Shown piece by piece: positions 39,818 through 49,585 of a DNA stretch of 64,000 nucleotides. Position 1 is the first letter of the stretch. Every line of letters begins with the position of its first letter. The notes beneath the pieces were generated by a model, which saw only the letters and a program-made list of their open reading frames with translations, was not told the DNA's origin and did not search any database. This DNA comes from Salinispira sp. (GTDB taxonomy: Bacteria; Spirochaetota; Spirochaetia; DSM-27196; Salinispiraceae): contig OZ271918.1 of NCBI GenBank assembly GCA_965602015.1, positions 384,001 through 448,000 of the forward strand. Reading direction: 5' to 3'. The translations under genes and the position numbers were made by a program.

Positions 39818-39956
39818 GCCCTCGCTGTGACAGGGAAACACAAGCCGGCGGGAATGTAGTATTCTTAATGTACATAACGTTGTCCCCCTTGCGCTGCCGA
39901 TTGTGAAATCTGCGCAAGAAACCCGATGGTGAGGGGGGCAGTTCCTGGAGTTGCGT

Positions 39957-42524
39957 ATGAACGTGAGTATTAGAATCCGGCTTTTTTTCCTGAGCCTGGC
40001 GTCCATGTTGTCTATTGCCGCCATTGCCTTTGCAACCATTTTTGTTTCCTATCAGGCTCAAAACCAGCTGAGCATTGAAAAACTCACCGCAATTCGGGAT
40101 GTGCGGGCCGATCAGGTGGAGGACTACTTCGATACCATCGCTTCACAGGTGGAGACCATGGCGGAGAATCTCATGGTTGTCCAGGCCATGCGGGAATTCA
40201 ACGAGGAATTTCAGGCCCTCAAAACCCGAAGCGCGAATACCCCTTCCCGCAACCGGAGCGCGGTTGACGCTTTTTTGGTTCGGGAGTTTCTTCCGAGAAT
40301 CCCCCAGACTGTACGGCCATTAAATGCCAGCCGTCTGCTTCCCTCCAATGACGCGGGATTCGAGCTGCAGTACCGCTATCTGGCCAGCAATCCCAATCCC
40401 GTCGGGCAAAAGGACGAGCTCTCAAGCGCCGGAGTAGACGGCTACGACGCCGTGCATGAGCGCTACCACCGGGTATTCCGCTCGTTTCTCAGAAGTTTTG
40501 GTTACTATGATATTTTCCTTGTCGAGCCGGAAAACGGTACAATCGTGTATTCGGTGTTCAAGGAGGCGGATTTTGCCACCGAGCTGACCGACGGACCCTA
40601 TGCGGAGTCCGGCATCGGCAGGGTCTTCCAGCGCGGTCTTTCCGCTGAAGCCGGCAGCTCGGTGCTCATCGACTTTGATGAATATCTGCCAAGCTACGCA
40701 GCGCCCGCTTCCTTTATTTCTTCCCCGGTATACGACGGCGATGAGCTCCTTGGGGTTCTAATCTTTCAGATGCCCATTGAGAGAATTATCAGCGCCATGA
40801 CCGGCGATCAAAACTGGATAGAAGGGGGGATGGGGCTCACCGGGGAAACTTATCTGCTGGGAACCGACCGCCTTCTCAGGTCGGAAGTACGTCCGTTCCT
40901 TGAAAACTCCGCAGGTTTTACGAATGCGTTGCGCGAAGAGCTTCTCCGCGGGGGACAGGCCACCCAGGTCGAGAATTTCGGCACGACAATTCTCCAGGTT
41001 TCCGTGCGTAATTTGGCGGTGGATGCCGCGGTCTCCGGCCAGACCGGCAGCATGATTACCGAAAACTATCTCGAGCGCAGTGTGCTCAGCGCTTTCGCGC
41101 CGCTGGATATACCGGGGGTCCGCTGGGTCCTCATGGCGGAAATGGAGGTGGCTGAAGCCACCGAAAGTGTGAGACGACTGATTCTCCTTGCCGGTATTAT
41201 TTCACTGGGCTTGCTCCTCCTTCTGATAGCGGCTGTCAGCCTCATCGGACGGAGCATCACAAAGCCCCTTGGAAGAACCGTGGACATTCTCAAGGATATA
41301 TCCGAGGGCAGCGGCGATCTGACGGTGCGCATCGGAAACCCCGGCAAGGACGAAATCGGCCAGATGTCCGGGTATTTCAACATTTTTGTCTCCAAACTGC
41401 ATGACATCGTGGCGGCAATAAAAGAGAAGGCCGGCCAGGCCGAGGATCTTTCAGACACCCTGATGGCCAGTTCTGAGGAGAGTTCGGCGGCGGTATACCA
41501 GATTTCCCAGAACCTGAACTCCATCGGTGAACAAGTAAACGGTTTGGACGGAAGCATCCAGGACACTTTCAAGGCGGTAAAAGGGATACTCGATACCGTG
41601 GCAGCCCTGAGCCGGGTAGTGGGAACCCAGCGTTCGGCGGTTGACAGCTCATCCTCTTCCACGGAGCAAATGGTTGCCTCGATTCAGTCGGTGAACGGTA
41701 TAATCGGCAACAGGCAGCAGCGCAGCATAGAACTGCAGCGCATCACCGGCGAGGGCGGTGAAAAACTGGAGAGCACCCTGGAAGTGATTTCCCGGGTGCA
41801 GCAGGCTGCGGACAAAATAATGGAGGCGGTTTCCATTATTCAGGCGATCAGCGACCAGACGAATTTGCTGGCAATGAATGCCGCCATCGAAGCTGCCCAT
41901 GCGGGGGATGCGGGCCGGGGGTTCTCGGTTGTCGCCGATGAGATTCGCAAGCTCTCGGAGACCAGCAGGCAAAATTCGATGGTCATCTCCGAAAGCATTA
42001 CCGAGTCCGTCGATCTTATCAATCAGGCCATGGAGGCTGCCAATATCACCGGTGAGAGTTTCACCGAAATACAGCGGGAAGTGGAGCTGTTCACCCAGGC
42101 TTTCGGGGAGATTGCCGCAAGCATGGCCGAAGTGTCCCAGGGGAGCAATGAGATTCTCGAATCGATTTCCAGCCTGACGGAAGTGTCCAATCAGGTCAAT
42201 GCCGAGAGCACAAAGCTCAGCGAGGGAGCTTCGGATATTGAGAAAAATATCAGCACTGTGCGGGACGTGTCCACCAGTGTTTCGGGCAGCATTGCGGAGA
42301 TCGATACGGGCATTAGGGAGATAACCTCGTCGGCCCAGGAGCTCGCGGAACTGGGGCAGCAAAACCGGAGCTATCTCTCGACGATTAACGCCGAAATATC
42401 CGTCTTTACCATCGATACTGCCGGCGTTGCGGAAAAAACTTCAGACCTCTCCATCGCCGATGAACAGAGCTCGGAGGACGAGGATTTTGCGGACGGCAAC
42501 ACTGAGGGGACCGAGTCCGGTTGA
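39957..42524 (+). CDS. Methyl-accepting chemotaxis protein (Cache-like sensor, HAMP)
   Basis: Two TM helices, GYYDIFL, KDEIGQM and [31 protein letters not shown]. Confidence 0.95.
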   Translation: MNVSIRIRLFFLSLASMLSIAAIAFATIFVSYQAQNQLSIEKLTAIRDVRADQVEDYFDTIASQVETMAENLMVVQAMREFNEEFQALKTRSANTPSRNRSAVDAFLVREFLPRIPQTVRPLNASRLLPSNDAGFELQYRYLASNPNPVGQKDELSSAGVDGYDAVHERYHRVFRSFLRSFGYYDIFLVEPENGTIVYSVFKEADFATELTDGPYAESGIGRVFQRGLSAEAGSSVLIDFDEYLPSYAAPASFISSPVYDGDELLGVLIFQMPIERIISAMTGDQNWIEGGMGLTGETYLLGTDRLLRSEVRPFLENSAGFTNALREELLRGGQATQVENFGTTILQVSVRNLAVDAAVSGQTGSMITENYLERSVLSAFAPLDIPGVRWVLMAEMEVAEATESVRRLILLAGIISLGLLLLLIAAVSLIGRSITKPLGRTVDILKDISEGSGDLTVRIGNPGKDEIGQMSGYFNIFVSKLHDIVAAIKEKAGQAEDLSDTLMASSEESSAAVYQISQNLNSIGEQVNGLDGSIQDTFKAVKGILDTVAALSRVVGTQRSAVDSSSSSTEQMVASIQSVNGIIGNRQQRSIELQRITGEGGEKLESTLEVISRVQQAADKIMEAVSIIQAISDQTNLLAMNAAIEAAHAGDAGRGFSVVADEIRKLSETSRQNSMVISESITESVDLINQAMEAANITGESFTEIQREVELFTQAFGEIAASMAEVSQGSNEILESISSLTEVSNQVNAESTKLSEGASDIEKNISTVRDVSTSVSGSIAEIDTGIREITSSAQELAELGQQNRSYLSTINAEISVFTIDTAGVAEKTSDLSIADEQSSEDEDFADGNTEGTESG

Positions 42525-42611
42525 ACGGCGTACCGAGCTGAACGGCGAACCGGGCTACGCGGCGAACCGGGCTGAGCGGCGAACCGAGCTACGCGGCGCG
42601 CCGGGCTGAGC
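42522..42611. repeat. 17-bp tandem repeat, five copies plus a partial
   Basis: TGAACGGCGTACCGAGC / TGAACGGCGAACCGGGC / TACGCGGCGAACCGGGC / TGAGCGGCGAACCGAGC / TACGCGGCGCGCCGGGC. Confidence 0.9.
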
Positions 42612-42687
42612 ACCGGCCTCTTGCGCTTTGGTAATTATTCCGATACGTTGTATTTTTATACATTCTATACAGAGTATCGGAGGCACC

Positions 42688-43671
42688 ATGAAACGCATTA
42701 CCGCCATTCTCCTACTGTCCGCGGCGCTGTTGGCTACGGCCTGCGGCAGGGATTCCGCAGAAGTTTCGATTGGAATTTCCAAAATTGTCGAGCACCCCGC
42801 CCTCAACGCCGTCGAGCAGGGAATAAAAGATGAAATGGCCGCTCTCGGTTATGAAAACATCAGCTTCGATGTGCAAAACGCCGCAGGGGACATCAATACC
42901 GCCGGACAAATCGCAAGCAAATTCCTGTTTGATGAGGTGGACATCGCCGTTGGCATCGCCACCCCAACCGCCATAGCCCTGGCAACGGCAATCAGCGACA
43001 TCCCGGTCATTTTTACTGCGGTCACCGACCCGGTTGATGCGGGACTGGTGGATGACCTTGAAAGCGGAAAAAACAACATTACCGGGGTCAGTGACCTGAC
43101 GCCGGTCGCCGAGCAAATCGAGCTCCTGGTGGAGCTCACCGGCGCGCAAACCGTCGGCCACGTGTATACCGCAGGCGAACCCAACGCGGTTAGATTGGCC
43201 GAGCTTTTTCAGCAGGCCGCCATGGATCTGGGAATCGATTTCGTGCTGACCACCATCGCGGATTCCGGCCAGGTCCGTCAGGCTACCGAGGCCATCGCCG
43301 GCCAGGTGGACGCCATTTACGTTTCGACGGACAATACGGTTTTTTCCGCCCTCCCGGCCCTCATCGACGTGGCCAATGCCAACGGCATTCCCGTGGTAAC
43401 CGCCGACCCTTCGTCTTTTACCGAATATGACGTTCTTGCAGCCTACGGTTTTGATTATTACGCCATGGGCCTGGCTACCGGACGGCTTATAGACGAAGTG
43501 CTGCGGGGGGCCGATCCGGCGGATATGGCAACCAGATTTCTCACCGATCCCTCAGATCTGCTGTTGGTCTTAAACCTCGATGTGGCTGAAGAGTTGGGCA
43601 TTGATATTCCCGCGGACCTGATCGAACGGGCGGGTTCGGTGGTTTCGGGCGGACAGGTCGAAAACCGCTAA
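42688..43671 (+). CDS. ABC transporter substrate-binding lipoprotein (TrpX-like, aromatic amino acid family)
   Basis: Lipobox LATAC, VEHPAL, IATPTA, FTAVTDPV and NITGVSD motifs. Confidence 0.85.
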   Translation: MKRITAILLLSAALLATACGRDSAEVSIGISKIVEHPALNAVEQGIKDEMAALGYENISFDVQNAAGDINTAGQIASKFLFDEVDIAVGIATPTAIALATAISDIPVIFTAVTDPVDAGLVDDLESGKNNITGVSDLTPVAEQIELLVELTGAQTVGHVYTAGEPNAVRLAELFQQAAMDLGIDFVLTTIADSGQVRQATEAIAGQVDAIYVSTDNTVFSALPALIDVANANGIPVVTADPSSFTEYDVLAAYGFDYYAMGLATGRLIDEVLRGADPADMATRFLTDPSDLLLVLNLDVAEELGIDIPADLIERAGSVVSGGQVENR

Positions 43672-43689
43672 GATACCGTTGGGGTTTAC

Positions 43690-44622
43690 ATGTTAGAAAC
43701 GATTATTGCCGAGGGCCTGGTCTACGGGATCATGGCCCTCGGGGTGTTTATCAGCTTCCGCATCCTGGAATTCCCCGACCTGACGGTCGACGGCAGTTTC
43801 CCCCTGGGCGCGGCCATATACGCATCGGCCCTCATCGCCGGAGTGCCCGGCCCGTTGACAGGGCTGCTCATTCTCGCCGGGGGATTCGCCGCAGGCACGG
43901 TGACGGCGCTGATTCACACCAAACTCAAGGTTCCCCATCTGTTGGCGGGAATTCTCACCATGACCATGCTGTATTCGGTCAATCTGCGCATTCAGGGAAA
44001 CCGGCCGAACATCAGTTTTCTCAGATATGAAAGCCTGCTTGATCGGGCCGCCGAGCTGTTGCCCGGCCTGCCCCGGGCAGCGGTCATTCTCCTGGTTTTT
44101 CTCCTTGCTGCTCTGCTGGTCAAGCTAGTTCTCGATGTGTTTTTTCACACTGATTTGGGACTGACCATGGGCGCCCTTGGCAGCAATGAGCAAATGGTAA
44201 AAAGCCAGGGGGTTAATCCCGAAACGGTTAAAATCATCGGGCTCGGCATGTCCAACGCCCTCGTTGCGTTAAGCGGCGCCCTGGCTTCCCAATATCAGGG
44301 CTCGGCTGACGTAAACCTGGGCAGGGGAATCGTCATCGCAGGACTGGCGTCGGTCATGATCGGAGAACTAATTCTCCGTTCCAACCGAATATGGCTGCTT
44401 ACCCTCCGGGTTCTCATCGGATCGGTGCTGTTCCGCGGGCTCATGTTCCTCGCCAGGAGGGCGGTGTTTATCCAGTTGAGACCCAGCGACCTCCAGCTTG
44501 TTTACGGGCTGTTTATCGTCGGACTGCTGATATATACCCGGGTACGGGAACAACGCCGGGCTGCAAAAGCAGCGGCCTCCGCCAATCTGACCGGGAATGA
44601 CGGCAACGGGGGTGAGGAATGA
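43690..44622 (+). CDS. ABC transporter permease (TrpY-like)
   Basis: FPDLTVDGSFPLG, LLAGILTM and GLASVMIGE motifs. Confidence 0.88.
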   Translation: MLETIIAEGLVYGIMALGVFISFRILEFPDLTVDGSFPLGAAIYASALIAGVPGPLTGLLILAGGFAAGTVTALIHTKLKVPHLLAGILTMTMLYSVNLRIQGNRPNISFLRYESLLDRAAELLPGLPRAAVILLVFLLAALLVKLVLDVFFHTDLGLTMGALGSNEQMVKSQGVNPETVKIIGLGMSNALVALSGALASQYQGSADVNLGRGIVIAGLASVMIGELILRSNRIWLLTLRVLIGSVLFRGLMFLARRAVFIQLRPSDLQLVYGLFIVGLLIYTRVREQRRAAKAAASANLTGNDGNGGEE

Positions 44623-45410
44623 TACGGCTTGAAAAGTTATCTGTGGTATTCAACCCCGGAACCGCCGATGAACACGCGGCCCTCAAGGGCATAGACCTTT
44701 CGGTTAATCCCGGAGATTTTATTACGGTCATCGGGTCCAACGGCGCGGGGAAGACCACGCTGTTCAACGCCATAAGCGGTAATCTGGGCCTTACCCGCGG
44801 GAGAATCATCCTTAAAGATCGGGATGTCAGCTCAATGAGCGAACACCTGAGGGCCCGCTACATCGGCCGGATTTTTCAGAATCCTACAATGGGTACCGCG
44901 GGAAACATGACCCTCGAAGACAACATGGTCATAGCCATGAAAAAAGGGTTCCGTGGCCTTCGGATTTCCCTCAATGAGCGGCTGAGGGAGCAGTTCCGTT
45001 CCCGCCTGGTCGACCTCGACATGGGGCTTGAAAACCGTTTGAAGGAGAATGTGAGTATGTTTTCTGGGGGGCAGCGACAGGCGCTAACCCTGCTTATGAT
45101 GGTGCTCAGCACTCCGCAGCTGGTGCTGTTGGATGAGCATACTGCCGCCCTTGATCCCCGCAATGCCGCGAAGGTGCAGGATCTCACTGATCGCTTCATC
45201 GCCGAGCACTCCCTTACCTGCATGATGGTAACCCACAACATGCAGCATGCCATTGACCACGGCAACCGCCTGCTTATGATGGATGGTGGCCGGATTATCC
45301 TCGATGTGGCCGGTGAGGAAAAAAAGCGCCTGACGGTTGCCGGGCTGGTAGAGCGCTTTCATCAGATAACACAAAAGGACTTTGCCCGGGACGACGCCCT
45401 GCTGGACTGA
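44619..45410 (+). CDS. ABC transporter ATP-binding protein (TrpZ-like)
   Basis: GSNGAGKT, SGGQRQA and LLDEHTAALDP motifs. Confidence 0.92.
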   Translation: MIRLEKLSVVFNPGTADEHAALKGIDLSVNPGDFITVIGSNGAGKTTLFNAISGNLGLTRGRIILKDRDVSSMSEHLRARYIGRIFQNPTMGTAGNMTLEDNMVIAMKKGFRGLRISLNERLREQFRSRLVDLDMGLENRLKENVSMFSGGQRQALTLLMMVLSTPQLVLLDEHTAALDPRNAAKVQDLTDRFIAEHSLTCMMVTHNMQHAIDHGNRLLMMDGGRIILDVAGEEKKRLTVAGLVERFHQITQKDFARDDALLD

Positions 45411-45436
45411 CGGCCGCCGTCTCCCTGTTTAGCTTG

Positions 45437-45587
45437 GTACTGCCCCCAAAACAGCTGATTTTACTGTAATAAATCATTATGTGAGAACAACTAGGTTGAA
45501 CTTGGGCGATGCTTGCAGTGAAACGCGGGTAAATCGTCTTCCACAAACGGATAAGATGATTTAAATCAGCTGTTTTGGGGGCAGTAC
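45437..45587. mobile_element. 151-bp MITE-like non-autonomous element
   Basis: Perfect 25-bp terminal inverted repeats (45437-45461 and 45563-45587). Flanking direct repeat TTTAGCTTG at 45428-45436 and 45589-45597. No credible gene inside. Confidence 0.8.
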
Positions 45588-45617
45588 ATTTAGCTTGAAC
45601 CCTATATTGAAAATTGT

Positions 45618-45648
45618 GCCGCGTGATTGCAATCGCGCGGTATTTTTT
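45618..45648 (+). terminator. Probable terminator of the ABC operon
   Basis: GCCGCGTGATTGCAATCGCGCGGT stem followed by a T run. Confidence 0.65.
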
Positions 45649-45649
45649 A

Positions 45650-45679
45650 TTGACATTACTGTGTAATACACACTATATT
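45650..45679 (+). promoter_or_regulatory. Sigma70 promoter with overlapping palindrome (possible PadR operator)
   Basis: TTGACA, 18 bp, TATATT; the spacer contains GTGTA-A-TACAC. Confidence 0.6.
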
Positions 45680-45699
45680 GTGACATACAGGAGTGTGTC

Positions 45700-46080
45700 A
45701 TGGAAGTGAACGGAAAGATAATGCAGAACCTGCTGCAGGAGCTCAAACGGGGATCCCTGGTTCTCGCAGTGCTCTTGAGTACCGGGGAGCAAGCCTACGG
45801 GTACGCCCTGGTAACCCGACTGCAGGAATCGGGCATAGACGTCGAGCAAAACACCCTCTACCCGCTGCTTCGGCGTCTGGAGCAACAGAGCCTCTTGGAA
45901 AGTGTCTGGGATACCGGCGAATCACGCCCCCGGAAGTACTACCGGGTGACTGATGAAGGCCGGCGGGTAGCCGGGGAACTTACCCGGCAATGGAGGGTTC
46001 TGACGGCCAGCATGGAAAGGATCATCGGCGCCGGCGGCACCGACGGGGAATCGGCAACAAGCAAAGGAGATATCATATGA
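45700..46080 (+). CDS. PadR family transcriptional regulator
   Basis: ELKRGSL, YGYAL, TLYPLLRRLE and RPRKYY motifs. Confidence 0.93.
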   Translation: MEVNGKIMQNLLQELKRGSLVLAVLLSTGEQAYGYALVTRLQESGIDVEQNTLYPLLRRLEQQSLLESVWDTGESRPRKYYRVTDEGRRVAGELTRQWRVLTASMERIIGAGGTDGESATSKGDII

Positions 46081-47093
46081 AAATTCTTGAACAGTATATT
46101 CGCTCGGTGGCATACAGTCTGCCGTATTCCAAACGAACTGACGTGACCCGGGAGCTCCGCTCCCTGATGCTGGATGAAATTGAGCAGCGATTCGGGAAGG
46201 ATCCCGGCGAAGAGGATCTCAAGAGCTATCTGGAAGAATACGGATCACCGGCTAGGGTAGCGGCGGATTACAGGGACGGAAACGGCGTAATCGCCGAGGC
46301 ATTTCGTGATATCTACTTTCTTATACTCAAGATTGTCTTCGCCGCCCTTACGATTGCCCTGACCGTCGTGTTTTTCGTCGAGCTTGGGAGCGGTCCGGCC
46401 CCTGACACCGGTATTATCGGTTCCATCGTCAACCTGCCCCTGGAGATTTTCAGCGCCATCCTCTCGGCGACCGGAGCAATAACTCTGGTCTTTATTTTTC
46501 TGAGCCGGGCGGTATCGGAAAAAGCAGGGGAGCTGGGAGCCGACGACTGGACCGTTGAGGATTTGAAGTCCATATCTCTTGAGGAAGAGGTCGGCAGCCT
46601 CGCCGGGGCAATCGCCGGTCTGGTGTTCGGCGGCATTTCGGTGTTGCTGCTGTTGCTGTACCCCGAGGTGTTCGAGCTCATTGAGCGGGGCTTTGAGGGA
46701 TCGGGCCTTCGGCTCGGCCATTACATACAGACCGATGCATTCAGACCGTTCGGGTGGGTGCTTGCCGCATTCTGGCTCGCCGAGATGGGCATCCAGGTTC
46801 TCGTTCTCCGACAGGGCAGCCGCAGCAGAAAACTGATTGACCTGTCCGCTATTGTTACCGGCCTCGAAATGCTCGCCTTCGCCCTGCTTACCTTTCTCCC
46901 CTCCCTGTACGGCAGCGCCCCTGTATGGGACCGGGCCCTGTTGTCCGGCGAAGGTGGGGCGCTGATATCCACTCCGTGGTGGAATGGTGTGGGCCTGATC
47001 TTTTTTATCGGTTTTATGGTCACCCTTGGGGAAACAGTGGTTTGGGTATTTAGGAAAATACGTAAAATGTACCCGCAATCGGGCAAAATATAG
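46077..47093 (+). CDS. HAAS-domain membrane protein (PadR partner)
   Basis: ILEQYIRSV..LP..R.DVTREL..YGSPARVAADY N-terminus followed by several TM helices; ATGA overlap with padR. Confidence 0.75.
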   Translation: MKILEQYIRSVAYSLPYSKRTDVTRELRSLMLDEIEQRFGKDPGEEDLKSYLEEYGSPARVAADYRDGNGVIAEAFRDIYFLILKIVFAALTIALTVVFFVELGSGPAPDTGIIGSIVNLPLEIFSAILSATGAITLVFIFLSRAVSEKAGELGADDWTVEDLKSISLEEEVGSLAGAIAGLVFGGISVLLLLLYPEVFELIERGFEGSGLRLGHYIQTDAFRPFGWVLAAFWLAEMGIQVLVLRQGSRSRKLIDLSAIVTGLEMLAFALLTFLPSLYGSAPVWDRALLSGEGGALISTPWWNGVGLIFFIGFMVTLGETVVWVFRKIRKMYPQSGKI

Positions 47094-47150
47094 AGTTTAT
47101 CTGGTCGAATTTTGAACTTTGATATATAGTCAGGGTAACGGAAACCGCAG

Positions 47151-47417
47151 ATGCTCCAGATTGATGAAGATTTCGCCGCACACATCTTGCAAAACTACTC
47201 CCTGACTTCCCGGGACCTTGAAATGCTCCTCGATGACCTCGAGGAGTATTTTAACGTTGAAGTGACGGAGTTTATCCGGAATCGACATATTGAACTTCAG
47301 AAGAAGGGTTTGAAAAACAACGAAATCTACCTCGCCGTCAAGCAGGAGCTATTGCGGTTTCGTTTCACCGCCCCGGATCTGAGCATCCGTCAGATCCGCA
47401 GAATCATCTACGGGTAA
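47151..47417 (+). CDS. Small hypothetical protein (88 aa) upstream of glmS
   Basis: Helical-looking ORF with EFIRNRHIELQ and LSIRQIRRIIYG; fills the intergenic space co-directionally with glmS. Confidence 0.75.
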   Translation: MLQIDEDFAAHILQNYSLTSRDLEMLLDDLEEYFNVEVTEFIRNRHIELQKKGLKNNEIYLAVKQELLRFRFTAPDLSIRQIRRIIYG

Positions 47418-47469
47418 AAATTTTTATCAGCCTGACGCTAAAAATCGAGGCGGGGCTGTGGGAGGAACC

Positions 47470-49305
47470 ATGTGCGGAATCGTCGGATACTGCGGGCCGA
47501 GGAAGGCCATGCCGGTGCTCATTCAGGGCTTGCGTCAGCTGGAATACCGGGGGTATGACTCTTCGGGGATAGCCCTGCTCCAGGGAGATGCCATCAATGT
47601 GATAAAAAAACAGGGAAAACTGGCGAACCTCGAAGGGGCTTTGCCCGCCAGATCGGCGAGCACCATCGGAATAGCCCACACCCGCTGGGCCACCCATGGC
47701 GGGGTTTCCGATGAAAACGCCCATCCCCATCTAAGCGGAAACGGCCGGGTTGCGGTGGTGCACAACGGAATTATCGATAACTTCGTCGATTTGCGGGAGG
47801 AACTGAAAGAAAAGGGATACTCCTTTCTCAGCGAAACCGATTCCGAGGTGCTAACTCATCTCATCGATTCATACCTCGAATCGGGCAGCGAGCCCGAGGC
47901 GGCGGTTGCTACCGCCCTGTCGCGCATTCAGGGTACATACGGCATCATCGTGCTCTTCCGCGACCAACCCGAACTCCTGATCGGAGCGCGAAACGGCAGT
48001 CCCCTCATTGTGGGTGTCGGCGAAAAAGAGATGTTTCTGGCATCTGACGCCACCGCGTTTATCGGCATGTCCCGTCAGGCAATCTACCTGGATGACGGCG
48101 AGATGGCGGTCATCACCCCCCGGGAGTACAAGACCGTCAACCGCCAGCAGCAGCTGGTGGACAAACCGGTTGAAGAAGTGGACATCGAGGAAGCCGAGGC
48201 CTTGAAGGGCTCCTATGATCACTTCCTTTTGAAGGAGATTTTCGAGCAGCCCGATGCAGTTCGAAGGGCAATGGGCGAAGGCGGACGTTTGCTCAAAGAT
48301 TTCGGCACGGCTAAGCTCGGCGGTTTGAATCTCGAGAAACGGGATTTCTTCGATGTAAACCGGATACATATCCTCGCCATGGGCACCGGATATTATGCCG
48401 GGCTCGTCGGGGCAAGCATGATAGAAAACCTGGCCCGGATACCTGTGCAGGTTTTCGACGCCTCGGAGTTTCGGGTGAGCAACCCGATCGTTCAGCGCGA
48501 TACCCTGTACCTCGCAATCAGCCAAAGCGGTGAAACCGCCGATACCATACAGGCGGTGAAGGAAGTTCAGAACAAGGGCGGCCGGGTGCTCGGCATCGTG
48601 AATGTCGTAGGTTCCACCCTGGCCAGGCTCACCGAGGGCGGGGTATATACCCATGCGGGCCCGGAGAAATCCGTCGCCTCAACCAAGGCCTTCACCAGTC
48701 AGTCCACTGTTCTGGCGCTGCTCGCCCTTCTTTTGGGCAGGATGCGGGATGTACCGGTGCGCCGGGGCAAGGAACTCGTCGATGCCCTAATGGAGCTCCC
48801 CGACAAGATCCATCAGACCCTCGGGCTCCAGCACCGGATTCGCCAACTGGCAAAGAAATACAAGGAGTATCACAGCGTGCTCTTTATGGCTCGGGGCAAT
48901 CAGTACCCCATTGCCCTGGAGGGAGCCCTCAAACTCAAGGAAATTTCCTATATACACGCGGAGGGATTCTCTTCCGGCGGTTTAAAGCACGGTCCCCTGG
49001 CGCTAATCTCCGAAGATATGCCCTCGATTTTTGTTGCCATGGACGGCGATACTCTGGAAAAGGATATTAACAACATCCAGGAAGTGAGAGCCCGCAAGGG
49101 TAAGACCCTGGTAATTACCGACTCCTCGGACCCCCGTCTGGAGGACGTAGCTGACGATCTGCTGCGCATCCCCAAAACCGATGAGGTTCTTAGCCCCATC
49201 CTGACGGTGGTTCCCCTCCAGCTCTTCGCCTACTATGTGGCCCTGGAGCTGGGCCGGGAAATCGACCAACCGCGGAACCTGGCTAAGAGCGTGACGGTGG
49301 AGTAG
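47470..49305 (+). CDS. glmS: Glutamine-fructose-6-phosphate aminotransferase
   Basis: MCGIVGY start, HTRWATHG, SQSGETAD and PRNLAKSVTVE motifs; GGAGG RBS. Confidence 0.98.
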   Translation: MCGIVGYCGPRKAMPVLIQGLRQLEYRGYDSSGIALLQGDAINVIKKQGKLANLEGALPARSASTIGIAHTRWATHGGVSDENAHPHLSGNGRVAVVHNGIIDNFVDLREELKEKGYSFLSETDSEVLTHLIDSYLESGSEPEAAVATALSRIQGTYGIIVLFRDQPELLIGARNGSPLIVGVGEKEMFLASDATAFIGMSRQAIYLDDGEMAVITPREYKTVNRQQQLVDKPVEEVDIEEAEALKGSYDHFLLKEIFEQPDAVRRAMGEGGRLLKDFGTAKLGGLNLEKRDFFDVNRIHILAMGTGYYAGLVGASMIENLARIPVQVFDASEFRVSNPIVQRDTLYLAISQSGETADTIQAVKEVQNKGGRVLGIVNVVGSTLARLTEGGVYTHAGPEKSVASTKAFTSQSTVLALLALLLGRMRDVPVRRGKELVDALMELPDKIHQTLGLQHRIRQLAKKYKEYHSVLFMARGNQYPIALEGALKLKEISYIHAEGFSSGGLKHGPLALISEDMPSIFVAMDGDTLEKDINNIQEVRARKGKTLVITDSSDPRLEDVADDLLRIPKTDEVLSPILTVVPLQLFAYYVALELGREIDQPRNLAKSVTVE

Positions 49306-49443
49306 GTTTGCTGTAAAGCAAAGTTGGAAGGATATCGTCAACGTCCTCGTGAAATTCGATATCCTTCTGACTTTAAGCTTTGGATGTGCCTCAATTACAT
49401 GATTGCTATTGATTTCTTTTCTGAAGCAGTCAAAGGAAAAGCA

Positions 49444-49584
49444 ATGAAGATTTATCGTTTTGATTCAGAGTTAGGTCGCGAAATTGATTTATTTAACAGT
49501 ACCGAATTAATTCAAACTCCAATTGGAAACTCATATCAGAAGCAAAAGTCAGTTGTGTGTATTGTGGAACCGAATCCGTACTAA
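49444..49584 (+). pseudogene. Probable frameshifted, truncated cupin-like gene remnant
   Basis: AAGGA RBS, MKIYRFDSELGREIDLFNS..., continuing as EAKVSCVYCG in another frame; AT-rich patch. Confidence 0.4.
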
Positions 49585-49585
49585 A

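Noticed and set aside
39875..39903. Sigma28 promoter or c-di-GMP riboswitch before the MCP gene
   Set aside because: GCCGAT is present but the spacing to a TAAA-like element is off; no riboswitch consensus recognised.
42522..42611. CRISPR array
   Set aside because: Contiguous 17-bp units, no spacers, no cas genes.
47418..47469. glmS ribozyme
   Set aside because: The spacer is only 52 nt and lacks the core consensus.
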